A stretch of DNA of 64,000 nucleotides from an uncultured Bacteroidota bacterium. GTDB taxonomy: Bacteria; Bacteroidota; Bacteroidia; Bacteroidales; DTGW01. A model generated the notes under the pieces. It made no database searches and had not been told where the DNA came from. It saw only the letters and a program-made list of their open reading frames with translations. Shown one piece after another: positions 1 through 10,455 of the stretch. Location: assembly GCA_963726845.1 (NCBI GenBank), contig CAVSGB010000262.1, positions 6,696-70,695 of the forward strand, in the 5' to 3' direction. The position numbers were made by a program, and so were the translations under genes. Within the stretch, counting starts at the first letter, position 1. Each line of letters opens with the position of its first letter.

Positions 1-197
1 AAGATTTGATTTACGAATTGAAAACCCGATATACAATAATCATCGTTACCCATAACATGCAACAGGCAGGAAGGGTGAGCGATTATACTGCATTTTTTTA
101 TCTGGGCGAACTTATCGAATGGAACGAAACAAAGATTATGTTTACAAGCCCAGGTGACACAAGAACGCAGAATTATATAACAGGGAGGTTTGGATAG
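1..197 (+). CDS. pstB: phosphate ABC transporter ATP-binding protein PstB, C-terminal part (5' end outside window)
   Basis: Translation of 6..197 (..[53 protein letters not shown]) is the conserved PstB C-terminus (H-loop THNM, terminal YITGRFG). phoU follows. Confidence 0.85.
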   Translation, partial: DLIYELKTRYTIIIVTHNMQQAGRVSDYTAFFYLGELIEWNETKIMFTSPGDTRTQNYITGRFG

Positions 198-290
198 AAG
201 AAGAGCCCCCTAATCCCCCGAAGGGGGACTAAAAGACATTTTTTAAAAATTAATGTTGAATATTAACTTTGATAAAACCAAATAAACTTA

Positions 291-359
291 AAGCCCTCCT
301 TTTCTTCCGCCCCTCTCCTTTTGGAGAGGGGACGGGGGTGAGGCTGGGTTGGGGAGGCC
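291..359. repeat. GC-rich hairpin repeat element, copy A (CGCCCCTCTCC-TTTT-GGAGAGGGG then GGGGGTGAGGCTGGGTTGGGGAGGC)
   Basis: About 70 nt, nearly identical to the reverse complement of 55781..55850 and related to 51691..51765. Lies between the pstB stop and the phoU start. Confidence 0.8.
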
Positions 360-365
360 ACTAAA

Positions 366-1049
366 ATGACACACTTAGATACCGAACTTAAACAGCTAAA
401 AACTGATTTGATCGAGATGTGGACACTGGTAATTAACCAGCTTTCCAAGTCACGTGAAGCGTTGGCAGAATTTGACAAAGAGCTGACCAGTGAAGTTTTT
501 GCACTCGAAAAACAAGTAGATGCTTTCGAGTTAAAGCTGAATACAGATTGCGAGAATATTCTTGCACTGTTCAATCCCCTGGCAAACGATCTCCGGTTGG
601 TACTTGCGGTAATGCGCATCAATTACGACCTTGAACGCATAGGCGATTATGCCAGGTTTATTGCCAGAATGGTAAGTGAAGCTGAAAAACATGTAGATGA
701 AGATATTTTGAAAAAAACCCAGGTTTTTGAGATGTTCGATGTTGCAATAAACATGCTGACCATAGGCCTGGAATCGTTCGAAAAGGAAGATAACAGCAAT
801 ATCCGGAAAATATTTAAAAAAGATGAATTATTGGATAAGGTAAATAAAGATGCAAATGAAATTGTTGCCAGGCTGATCAGAAAAAAACCTTCGGAAATAG
901 AAAGTTGCCTGAACGTATACACCACAGTCCGAAGGCTCGAAAGGGTTGGCGACCAGACAAAAAATATTGCCGAAGAAATAATTTTCTATTTAGAAGCAAA
1001 AGTATTGAGGCATAAAAAGAAAAAAGAGAAGATTGAAGAACTGAAATAA
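366..1049 (+). CDS. phoU: phosphate signalling complex protein PhoU
   Basis: 227 aa with two PhoU repeats (..NDLRLVLAVMRINYDLERIGDYARFIA.. and ..VYTTVRRLERVGDQTKNIAEEIIF..). Sits directly after pstB. Confidence 0.9.
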   Translation: MTHLDTELKQLKTDLIEMWTLVINQLSKSREALAEFDKELTSEVFALEKQVDAFELKLNTDCENILALFNPLANDLRLVLAVMRINYDLERIGDYARFIARMVSEAEKHVDEDILKKTQVFEMFDVAINMLTIGLESFEKEDNSNIRKIFKKDELLDKVNKDANEIVARLIRKKPSEIESCLNVYTTVRRLERVGDQTKNIAEEIIFYLEAKVLRHKKKKEKIEELK

Positions 1050-1191
1050 TAAGCCCCTAAATCCCTAAAGGGACTTTAAGAATTAAGATTTAAATATTTT
1101 TAAATATCTTTTTCATATGCTTTTTGAAATAATACTTATTTAATTTTGTCTTTTAATCCCCCTTCGTGGGTTTGGGGGTTTCTTATATATT

Positions 1192-1880
1192 ATGGAACTA
1201 AAAGAAAATAAAATACTGATTGTTGACGATGAAGACGATATCCTCGAATTCGTCGGTTATAACCTTCGGAAAGAAGGCTACAATGTACTGACTGCCAATA
1301 ATGGCCACGATGCAATAAGAATTGCCAGAGAACAATTGCCCCAGCTTATTATCCTCGACATCATGATGCCCGGGATGGATGGCATTGAGACCTGTCGTGA
1401 ATTAAGGCTAATACCATCGCTTAACAAATCGATAATCGCTTTTTTCACGGCCGAAACGAAGAATATTCGCTTTTAGCCGGATACGAAGCCGGAGCTGACG
1501 ATTATATTACCAAACCGGTCAAACCGCGCATTCTTGTTAGTAAGGTAACCGCACTCCTTCGCCGCCACAGCGATACAGTCCCAATTTCATCGTCAGTAGT
1601 TATCGGTAATTTGAAAATCGATACTGAAAAATATCTTGTTTATTTTAATGGAAAAGAATTTTCTCTTCCCAGGAAAGAATTTGAATTGTTATCGTTGCTT
1701 GCTTCTAAACCAAACAAAGTTTTTACACGCACAGAAATCTATTCACGTGTCTGGACAAATGATGTGGTAGTTGGCGACCGGACTATTGATGTTCATATAC
1801 GAAAATTGCGCGAAAAAATAGGTATCGACAACATCAAGACTATTAAAGGCGTAGGTTATAAATATGAATTTAAAGAATAA
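1192..1880 (+). CDS. OmpR/PhoB-family response regulator, reading frame broken once in this assembly (receiver 1192..1476, winged-helix 1611..1880)
   Basis: The receiver domain is MELKENKILIVDDEDDILEF..LDIMMPGMDGIETCREL. After about 1451 the conserved ..ARNEEYSLLAGYEAGADDYITKPVKPRILVSKV.. continues in the next frame and runs into the wHTH ORF (..RTIDVHIRKLREKI..GVGYKYE). ACGGCCGAAAC looks like ACGGCCCGAAAC minus one C. Confidence 0.85.
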
Positions 1881-1890
1881 AAATTAATTT

Positions 1891-1930
1891 GCTGATGTGC
1901 TAATGTGCTAATTTGCTGATGTGCTAATTT
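1891..1930. repeat. tandem octamer array GCTGATGT/GCTAATGT/GCTAATTT (5 units), same family as 57332..57559
   Basis: Five in-phase 8-mers start 10 nt after the response-regulator stop codon. The spurious ORF 1856..2077 reads through them (AHQQISTLAHQQI). Confidence 0.85.
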
Positions 1931-2118
1931 GAAGATTATGGCTTTGGGCAAATCTATTGTTGTTGAAACTAACCTAACCTGGCAGGGTCTGCAAGTCCTG
2001 ACAAAGTTTAAATAAAATTGCATGACTTTTGTTTTATTCACGTTCAAAAAATAACTGTTTCTTAAATTGAAATCCACAAAACCATTTCGGCTTTTAATAA
2101 TTGGCTCAATTGCTTTAG

Positions 2119-3120
2119 TTGTTTGCGTCTCTTTATTTCAGACTGCTTCTCGGATGGCTCATTTTTCATAAAATAGAATGGCTATTGTTCGTTTGCTCTT
2201 CAATTGTTGCTTTCCTGGCAGCTTATTTTATTTTTTCTTTTATCTTACAAAAATTTATTTACGATAAAATAAAAATAATTTATAAGTCTATTCTATCCTT
2301 TAAAGTGCCAAAGGAAGAGAAAAATAAAAATATCGACCTTCACGAGGATATTATTAATAAAGTGCAGGAAGATGTTGCCATTTGGGCCGAGGACAATCAG
2401 AAAGAGATTGAAGAACTCAGAAAGCTTGAATTATATCGCAAGGAATTTCTTGGCAATGTTTCTCACGAACTTAAAACTCCTATATTTAATATCCAGGGCT
2501 ATATTCTTACACTTCTCGACGGCGCCCTGGACGATCCGGAAGTGAACCTTGAATATCTCAGAAAAACTGAAAAAAATATTGAACGGATGATCAATATTGT
2601 GCAGGATCTGGAAATTATTACACAACTCGAAACAGGCGAAATAAAACTGGAATTCTCGAAATTCAATATTGTCGCTTTGATCAGGGAGATATTTGAAATG
2701 CTTGAAATAAAAGCGAAACAACGGAATATCTCATTTTGTTTTCACGATTCTGTTGGCAGCGATTCTGAAGTATATATTTATGCAGACAGAGAGAAGATAC
2801 GTCAGGTGCTTATAAATTTAATTGATAATTCCATTAAATACGGCAGCGATGGAGGCCGCACAAAGGTAAGCTTTTACGATATGGACGAAAACATTCTGGT
2901 AGAAGTCTCAGATAATGGGATCGGGATTGATTCAAAACACCTGCCACGATTGTTCGAACGTTTTTACAGGGTCGATAAAAGCCGTTCGAGAAATATGGGC
3001 GGTTCGGGGCTTGGCCTTGCTATTGTGAAGCATATTATCGAATCACATAAACAAACTGTAAACGTCCGCAGCGCACCGGGCGTTGGATCTACATTTTCCT
3101 TTACTTTAAGAAAAGGGTAA
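2119..3120 (+). CDS. sensor histidine kinase (PhoR-like; HisKA + HATPase_c)
   Basis: The H-box is FLGNVSHELKTPIFNIQGY. N, G1 and G2 boxes are present (INLIDNSIKY, VSDNGIGID, GGSGLGLAIVKHII). It is adjacent to the response regulator. The start is uncertain (TTG at 2119 directly after a stop); a TM-like N-terminus may sit in another frame at 2067..2171. Confidence 0.85.
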   Translation: MFASLYFRLLLGWLIFHKIEWLLFVCSSIVAFLAAYFIFSFILQKFIYDKIKIIYKSILSFKVPKEEKNKNIDLHEDIINKVQEDVAIWAEDNQKEIEELRKLELYRKEFLGNVSHELKTPIFNIQGYILTLLDGALDDPEVNLEYLRKTEKNIERMINIVQDLEIITQLETGEIKLEFSKFNIVALIREIFEMLEIKAKQRNISFCFHDSVGSDSEVYIYADREKIRQVLINLIDNSIKYGSDGGRTKVSFYDMDENILVEVSDNGIGIDSKHLPRLFERFYRVDKSRSRNMGGSGLGLAIVKHIIESHKQTVNVRSAPGVGSTFSFTLRKG

Positions 3121-3142
3121 ACTAAAAAAGGCGTATAACCAG

Positions 3143-4097
3143 TTATTCTTTTAAAAATATGGCCGTTTTAACCTTTCCAAAATCTAAAATTTTTATAACA
3201 TAAAAGCCTTTCTCAAGATTTGAGATATTTATTGTATTTGTAGCATTCTGTTTGAAAAGTATTTGTTCGCCTTGCAAATTAAATATATATACAAAAGGAT
3301 TTGTCGATATTGTATTTTTTATGAACAGCTTTTCATGCACCGGGTTCGGGTAGATTTCAAGTTCATCAGTTATTTTGGCCCCAACATAAGTATCATTGTC
3401 ATTCAGGCAGCGAACAGAAAGTCCCATAGTTTTCTGCCATGTTTCATTGTAAACATGGGTAAACATAGAACTTAAGCCTATTTCTTTGGCATTATTGGTA
3501 TTTACACTAGTAGAACTCCACCAATTGCCATAATTTCCAATACCAATATACATTCCATATCGCATTATTAAATGAGTAGTTCCCTGGAGACCACTGTCGA
3601 GTCGAAACCCACCTGGAAGGGCTGTAAAACCAGATACATTATTTCCAGGACTAAAATCTTTTAATGGACCAGGTTTCCAATGAATTGAGTCCTTTTCCTT
3701 CAACTGGTTCTGAGGATGTATCGCCCCCAAAAGAATTTGTGAGTGAAATCCATTCTGAATCGGAAGGTACATGCCAGCCAATAGGGCAGAGATTGCCCGT
3801 GTTTACTGTATGCCAATTGTATAATAGGCCATATGTGTTAATTGTATCGGCATTAGTAGTGTTGTTATATGCACATCTTCCGGGTGTTGTTAAATTTGAC
3901 CATGAAGTAGTGTCGGTAACATTGGGAATTATGGTACCATCATTTAACTTGGTAGTTTTAAGGTTTTCAAGCAACCACAACTGTGTGCCAATGTTTACAG
4001 TATTATAGACATTGCCATCAATATCGGTTACGGTTTGCGCGTAATTCTGCAATGTTATAATTGCAATTGCAGTAAAAAGTAAAGTTAGTTTTTTCAT
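3143..4097 (-). CDS. FISUMP (Fibrobacter succinogenes major paralogous) domain protein with T9SS C-terminal sorting domain, frame broken once (3651..4097 + 3143..3781)
   Basis: The N-terminal ORF has a signal peptide and the motif DIDGNVYNTVNIGTQLWLLENLKTT..YGLLYNW..LCPIGWHVPSDSEW. The C-terminal ORF continues with ..LKEKDSIHWKPG..GFTALPGGFR.. and ends with a Por-type CTD (EIYPNPVHEKLFIKN..FNLQGEQI..GFYVIKI). The ORFs overlap in different frames, with the shift near 3700..3720. Confidence 0.8.
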
Positions 4098-4324
4098 AAT
4101 TATTAATTTATCTATCTTAAATTAACCTCAGGTCGTGATAATTTACTTAGGGCTAAAGCTTTCTATTTAATTGTCTTTCACTAACCCCAGGCTTAAGCCT
4201 GGGGTTAGTCATCAAGTTGATATATTGGACTTTAGTCCAAAACATATATCTTATCCAGAACTGACTTTAAATTATATGTTCGATACATTGTTTCATGGCA
4301 TATTTTGACTTCAATATTCATTTA

Positions 4325-5881
4325 TCACTTTTCCATATTTGGGTTTAGTATTGTATCTGTTGCTGGTATTGGTGAAAAATAAACACTTTTATCGAAAACG
4401 GAAGGAGGCCCTCCTTCTTTAGGGTTGCGTATTTTAGGCAAATCCTCCACCATTTCGAGCCTTACCAGGTCGAACCAACGGCCTTCGGGTTCGCCGCTTA
4501 ATTCGCATGCACGCTCCTGTACTACCGAATCGGCAAATGCTGATGGCGATAAACCCGGGGACAGGTCGAAAGCTGAAGGCGAGTTTAAATCGAGTTGGTG
4601 TGCCCTGCGCCTTATTTGATTTATACAATCGTATGCTTTGGCATCGGGCTGGCCTGACCGTGCTATGCCTTCGGCATAAGTTAGCATTGTTTGCGCAAAC
4701 CTGAAAATATAAACCCTTGGAATACCTTCGAGCCAGCATACATTTGTGGTCGACGCATTTTTATCCTCGTTGCACTGATAATAAAATTTTCTATATTCAA
4801 TTCTATTGCAAGTACTTACTTTATCAATATGTAAATAACCTGTTTTCGTGCCACCGCCATTATTTGGGACATAAATTGTTTTAAAAAATGTTATTTCCTT
4901 CCGATATCCGGGCGGATAATTATTAAAGAAATTTACTTCTGAAGTGAAATAAAACAGGGCCATATTTGGAGAATTAGCTGATGTTTGCAGTAATCCCAGA
5001 CAATTTAATCCGGAATATGGTATATGACTTACAGAGACATTTATCGAAAGATTTGCAAGTTTGGCAAAGTAAACAGAGAAAACAGATTCGGAATTCATAA
5101 TATGGGAGCTATCCCAAACATTGGCAAAATCGTTTAACAATCCAAACCCAAAATAACTGGCACTATCTATGCTTTCTCCTGCTTCCTTTGCCGCAAGCCC
5201 ATATTTTGAAATATCTTTTATTGGATATCCTCCCCAGTTTAAGTACAATTCGGCTAAAATGGCTTTGGCAGTGCCCCGGTGTACGGTAATATACGGAACC
5301 CGTGCAGAACTATTATTAACTGGTAACAGTCCCATTGCCAGTTTAAGGTCGTTTTCTATAAAGCTGTACATTTCAGTATAAGTTGCTTTTGTTGAAGTAT
5401 AGCTAATATCAATATTTTTTATTATCGGTATCTGCCCATAAACTCTTGTAAGCCTGAAATAGCAGTATGCCCTTATCAAATATATTTCTCCTAATGCTTG
5501 TTTAGTTAGTTTATCTTTTAATTGGGCCAAATTATACTGTTTTAATATGTTATTTGCTGAAACTATTGCGGAATAAAAAGACGCCCAATTATATGAAGCA
5601 GAATAAAATGAATAATTTGTGGCCTGAAAACAATTAGCATTTTGTATGTAATACGAATCATAATCTGGATTACCTGCAGTCAAATCATCCCCTTTTAAAT
5701 TTGGAGTATAAAAATTATTGTCACTTATTGCATTGGCAAGCGCTCCATATAAACCATTGGTTGCCGAAACCAACTGGTTGTAGTTTTGAATTTTCCCTAT
5801 TGAAATATCTTCGGGATGTAGTATTTTCTGGCAATTTGTAAAAAATAAAACCATCAGTGTAAAAAGTAATATCTTTTTCAT
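4325..5881 (-). CDS. susD: SusD/RagB-family outer-membrane nutrient-binding lipoprotein
   Basis: 518 aa with lipoprotein signal MKKILLFTLMVLFFTNC. It sits immediately downstream of the SusC-like gene. Size and composition are typical of SusD homologues. Confidence 0.8.
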   Translation of the reverse strand: MKKILLFTLMVLFFTNCQKILHPEDISIGKIQNYNQLVSATNGLYGALANAISDNNFYTPNLKGDDLTAGNPDYDSYYIQNANCFQATNYSFYSASYNWASFYSAIVSANNILKQYNLAQLKDKLTKQALGEIYLIRAYCYFRLTRVYGQIPIIKNIDISYTSTKATYTEMYSFIENDLKLAMGLLPVNNSSARVPYITVHRGTAKAILAELYLNWGGYPIKDISKYGLAAKEAGESIDSASYFGFGLLNDFANVWDSSHIMNSESVFSVYFAKLANLSINVSVSHIPYSGLNCLGLLQTSANSPNMALFYFTSEVNFFNNYPPGYRKEITFFKTIYVPNNGGGTKTGYLHIDKVSTCNRIEYRKFYYQCNEDKNASTTNVCWLEGIPRVYIFRFAQTMLTYAEGIARSGQPDAKAYDCINQIRRRAHQLDLNSPSAFDLSPGLSPSAFADSVVQERACELSGEPEGRWFDLVRLEMVEDLPKIRNPKEGGPPSVFDKSVYFSPIPATDTILNPNMEK

Positions 5882-6017
5882 GAAAATGTATTTAGGGTAA
5901 ACATTTAATAATCTTAAAGTTGATTCTCATGGAACATCCATGTTATATTTGCTTCGCAGAGCCCTTCGGGGTTCATATCCTTATTGTGAACACTAGTGCA
6001 TGGATGGTTCATTCGAA

Positions 6018-9000
6018 TTAAAATTTAATACTTAAAGTGGCATACATTGATTTTGGGTTCGGCACCGAGCCACGATCAATGGCATTATCAGAAAAATTAT
6101 TATCGGTAAAAGTGGTGGCTTCCGGGTCGTACCCTTTATATTTAGTGAATGTAAATATGTTTTCGAAACTTAATGATAATCTAAATTTCATGTGATTAAA
6201 AAGTTCTTTTGTTGGTACGTAACTAAGGGTAATGGTTTTTAATCGTATAAAACTTGCATCGTCAATAAATACAGACGACTGATAAAAAACTGAAGTGGTC
6301 ATAGCATTTAAACTGTCGCGAAAGTAATTGTTTACTTCCCGGTTAGTACCCGTCATAAAAGTTGCTGCCCGTGTGGCGTTGTATTTTTTAACACCCTGCA
6401 CAGCATACCAAAGAATAATTAAACTGAAATTTTTATATTGAAAAGTATTGGAAAAATCCCAGGTATATTTTGGGATTGAATTCCCAATAACTACCATATC
6501 GTTTGTGGTAAGGCTTTTATTGGTTGTGTCGGCATTCAAATATTTCATTCCACCTGATCGGACATAATGAATATCTTTTGCACGGGTATCGGAAGCAGTC
6601 CATTTGCCCAGGTTCTTATAGCCATAAATATCACCAATCGGCTGTCCTTCTTTGATAATAAACTCAGGCATCAATACGTCCGATGTACTTGCAAAAACCA
6701 TTGGCTGGTCATTCAGTACTTTCTTTACAATTTGGTGCGAAATAGAGATGTTAAATTTAGTATTCCAGGAATAAGTGCCAGTTTTCACGGGGTTTGCTTC
6801 AAGACATAATTCTGAACCATTTACGGCTATTGTACCGACATTGAGGTATTGCATCCCGCCACCATAATAATAGGGTATCTGACGTTGAATAATCAGGTTG
6901 CTTATGCTCTTAACATAATTGGTAGCAGTAATTGAAACCTTCCTATCGAAGAACATACTTTTAATTCCATAATCAAATTCATCTGTTTTTTCATGTTTCA
7001 GGTTATGGTTGGCTAATTGTAAAACGGCAGGGTAGGTTCCGGTTATGCTACCAAGCGTATATTGGACATTTTGGTATAAATCATTGGCCAGGCCATTAAG
7101 CGGAAAGTTCCCACTTTCACCCCAGTTGGCATATAGGTTTAAATTATTTAACCAGATAATTTGTTTGAAAGGCCATTCCCGTGCAATATCCCAATTTACT
7201 GCCAAAGAAGGGAATAAAGCATAATAATTTGTGTACAGCCCTTCCTTGATATGACTTAAATTTGTCACAGCCGATATAAAGTAAGTTTCATTATAATTAT
7301 GACCTGCATTGGCCACATAAGAACCAATGGAACGTAGCACTGAACCATTTGGCCCATAAGCCGCCATAGAATTGCGCAGGTACGAGTAGCTATTCAACTC
7401 ACCCTGCATCGGTATCAACTTTCCACCAAAGGTTATCTTCATAAAACCTATAAGCTGCAACCAGATCTATTTTGTGTTTACCAAATGTATTGAAATAGGA
7501 AACATTATACTGATGGTTGTATAAAAAAACATCTTCATTACTTTTTATCGTGTTCATTACACTTCCAAGACTATTGAAAGATTGATCGGAACTGTAATTA
7601 TAAACGGAATATCTCAGCATTAACGATTCCATGGCATTCAGGCTTAGGTGATCGGTAAGTTGCAGCCTTGCCGAACCGCTAATTATATGCGAATTGATGT
7701 TTAAGCTATTAGTATTATTAGCGATTATCTGTTGTACCGGCTCTTTTTGGTTTAAGGAAGTATAATTATAATATATTCTTTTATAGTAGTTATTATATTG
7801 ATCGTGATAAAGTGAATCAGGGGTTGATTTGATACAGGGCGATTTGGTTATTCCTACAAAAAGAAGCGGGTTGCCCATGTAAATATCCTGATTGTCATTA
7901 TTGTCCTGTGAACTTCCACGGTAACCAATATCTATGGCTAATTTTTTCCAAAATATCCGGCTAAGCCTTGTTGAAAGGGTATATCTCCTATAGCTTGCAT
8001 TTGGCAAAATACCTTGTTGGTTGGTATAATTACCCGATAAATAATATTTTATAGTTTTAACTGTGCCCGATGCCGACAATTGATATTCCTGGGAAGAGCC
8101 ATTACGGAATATTTCTTTTTGCCAGTTGTCATTACTAGGATTGTTAGTAATTTTCGGATAATAGTTGTATAAATATGACTGGATATTATTTTTTGCTAAT
8201 TGAAGCGAAGAAAGAAAATCCTGTGTGTTCATCAGGTCATAAAAATTATTGAACCATTGAATACCTCCTTTAGTGGAGAAGCGAATCTCGTTTTCACCAC
8301 CTTTTTTGGTATCAATCAAAACTACCCCATTTCCACCCTGGAAACCATATAACGCTGTTGATGAGGCATCTTTAAGCACGGTAACATTTTCAATATCGTG
8401 GATATTAAGGTCGGCAATGCCCAAACTGGACATATTTACAATAGGCACTGGCACCCCATCAACCACGTATAAAGGTTCGGCTGATGAAAAGAATGAATTT
8501 TGACCCCGAATCCTTATTTTTTCATGATCACCCGGAAGGCCCGATGTACTTGTTGCCCATACGCCTGTGATACTGGAATGTAAAATATCAGAAGCATTGT
8601 TTACGTTTTGCAGTTCAATGGTTTTGGCATTAATAGTTGGTATGTCCCTGCCATATTCCATACTGCCAAAGAACTTACGCTGACTTGAAACCTTTACTTC
8701 CTGTATTTGGCTGGTATAGGGTCTAAAAATAACATCTATCGACGTATCGCCAACCACATTTATTTTTCTTTCATAATCCTTATAACCAATAAACCTATAC
8801 ACTATTGTATATTCACCTGGCAAAAGGCTTATGGAATAAGTGCCATCAGAATTGCTTACAGTACCTGAAGTTTCTCCTTTAATATAAATGCTTGTGCCTG
8901 CCATGGTTTCATGTGTTGCGGAATCAACTACAATCCCGGTAATTTTGAATTTTGTGGTTGATTTTTTCTTTTTCAGGATTATGTAATCATCTTTTAATTC

Positions 9001-9330
9001 ATAATCGACGGGCGCTGTTTTTTGAATTTCGTTCAAAATTTCCCTGATATTTAAATTGGGTTGGGCAATAGTTACGGTAGCATCGGGTGAAAAGGTTTTG
9101 CTGCTATAAGTAATATATACAACATTCGAAGCATTTATTAATTCAATAAGTTTGTCGAGTTTATAATTGCCTGGCCCTAAAGTTGATTTTTTATCGAGTA
9201 TTGTATTCGTTTGCGCAGCAATATTAGCCGAAAACATGATAAAGCAAAAACATAAATACTTTATCCTATGCCAGCTTAGCTTGTATTGATTTCCTTGGGG
9301 AAGGATCGTGGTTGATCGTGGTTTTGTCAT
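6018..9330 (-). CDS. susC: SusC/RagA-family TonB-dependent receptor with N-terminal signalling (STN-like) extension, frame broken once (7399..9330 + 6018..7460)
   Basis: The N-terminal ORF carries a signal peptide, an STN-like segment and a CarboxypepD_reg-like segment (ITGIVVDSATHETMAGTSIYIKGETSGTVSNSDGTYSI). A plug follows (VTVLKDASSTALYGFQGGNGVVLIDTKKG). The C-terminal ORF ends in a barrel terminus ..YATLSIKF. The two ORFs overlap at 7399..7460 in different frames. Confidence 0.9.
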
Positions 9331-9362
9331 GTAATGAATGTTAGGATAGTTTGTGGCTTACA

Positions 9363-10349
9363 TTATTTGAAATAAATAAGGATGCAATCGCCTTTGCTGA
9401 TAATATTCACGCTTAACGTGCTGCTGATAATATTCAGGGCCTTTTCTAATGGCAAATTGTTAAAAGTGCCTGTAAATAATTCTTCATCAACGGGGTTAGA
9501 CTGTTTTACATAAATTACTTTTGCTTTATAATAGGACGAAAATGTCTTGCATAGCTCAGCAAGCGGAGCATCGTTAAACTGGATAGTACCAGTTTTCCAT
9601 GCCAGCATATTTAAATTCTTAACCTGTTCTTTCCTGAAGACCCCCAGCGATGCATCGTAAATTCCTTGTTGTCTGGGTAAAAGGATGAGTTTTTCGTTCT
9701 TGCCATCATTTTTATACAAAACGACTTTGCCTTTTATAAGTGTTAGTTTGGAAATATTTTCCTGCGTTTTAGCCATTAAATTAAATGAAGTGCCAAGTAC
9801 TTCGGTTGTGGTGTGTTTGGCAATAATCTTAAATGGGTGTTTAGTGTCCCTTGCTACTTCGAAATATGCTTCACCGTTGATGTATACCTTTCGGTCGTGC
9901 TTATTAAATACTTTCGGGGCAAATAATATACTGTATTTGTTCAGGCAAACCCTGGTGCCATCAGAGAGGTGAATCGACAAAGTATCTGTGCCCGAATAAT
10001 AACTAATTAATTGTTCACCAAAAAAAGAACCTTTCTTATTAAGCCATAAAGTGACTAATCCAAGTGAAACCAATAAAACTATGGTAGCCGCAACTTTGAG
10101 TATTGATAAAGTAAATTTCTTATGTTTAGCAACCGTTTGTTTACTAACAAAATCCCATGCTTTATCCGTTTCAGCATTAATATATTCATACGTTTTACCT
10201 GTGGCTTCCCAACATTCTGCCCAATCTTCGTAATATTCCCTATTGTCTGGCGAAGCTTTAAGCCAAGCATTAAATTCATCGAGTTCCGCTTTATTAGCTT
10301 TCTTTGTAAGATAAAGAACCGCCTTGTCAACGTTCATTTCTTTGTCCAT
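9363..10349 (-). CDS. FecR-family anti-sigma factor
   Basis: 328 aa with a cytoplasmic N-terminal part and a single TM helix (ILKVAATIVLLVSLGLVTLWL). The periplasmic FecR-like domain reads ..INGEAYFEVARDTKHPFKIIAKHTTTEVLGTSFNL... Located between the ECF sigma and SusC genes. Confidence 0.85.
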   Translation of the reverse strand: MDKEMNVDKAVLYLTKKANKAELDEFNAWLKASPDNREYYEDWAECWEATGKTYEYINAETDKAWDFVSKQTVAKHKKFTLSILKVAATIVLLVSLGLVTLWLNKKGSFFGEQLISYYSGTDTLSIHLSDGTRVCLNKYSILFAPKVFNKHDRKVYINGEAYFEVARDTKHPFKIIAKHTTTEVLGTSFNLMAKTQENISKLTLIKGKVVLYKNDGKNEKLILLPRQQGIYDASLGVFRKEQVKNLNMLAWKTGTIQFNDAPLAELCKTFSSYYKAKVIYVKQSNPVDEELFTGTFNNLPLEKALNIISSTLSVNIISKGDCILIYFK

Positions 10350-10455
10350 AACATTTAATATTTATTGCTATGACGTGGAAAAATGTAAATTTCCTAGTCG
10401 AAAATGAAATATTTTTTAAAGTTTGAATTGAAAGAAACCGAATAAAAGGGAAATA

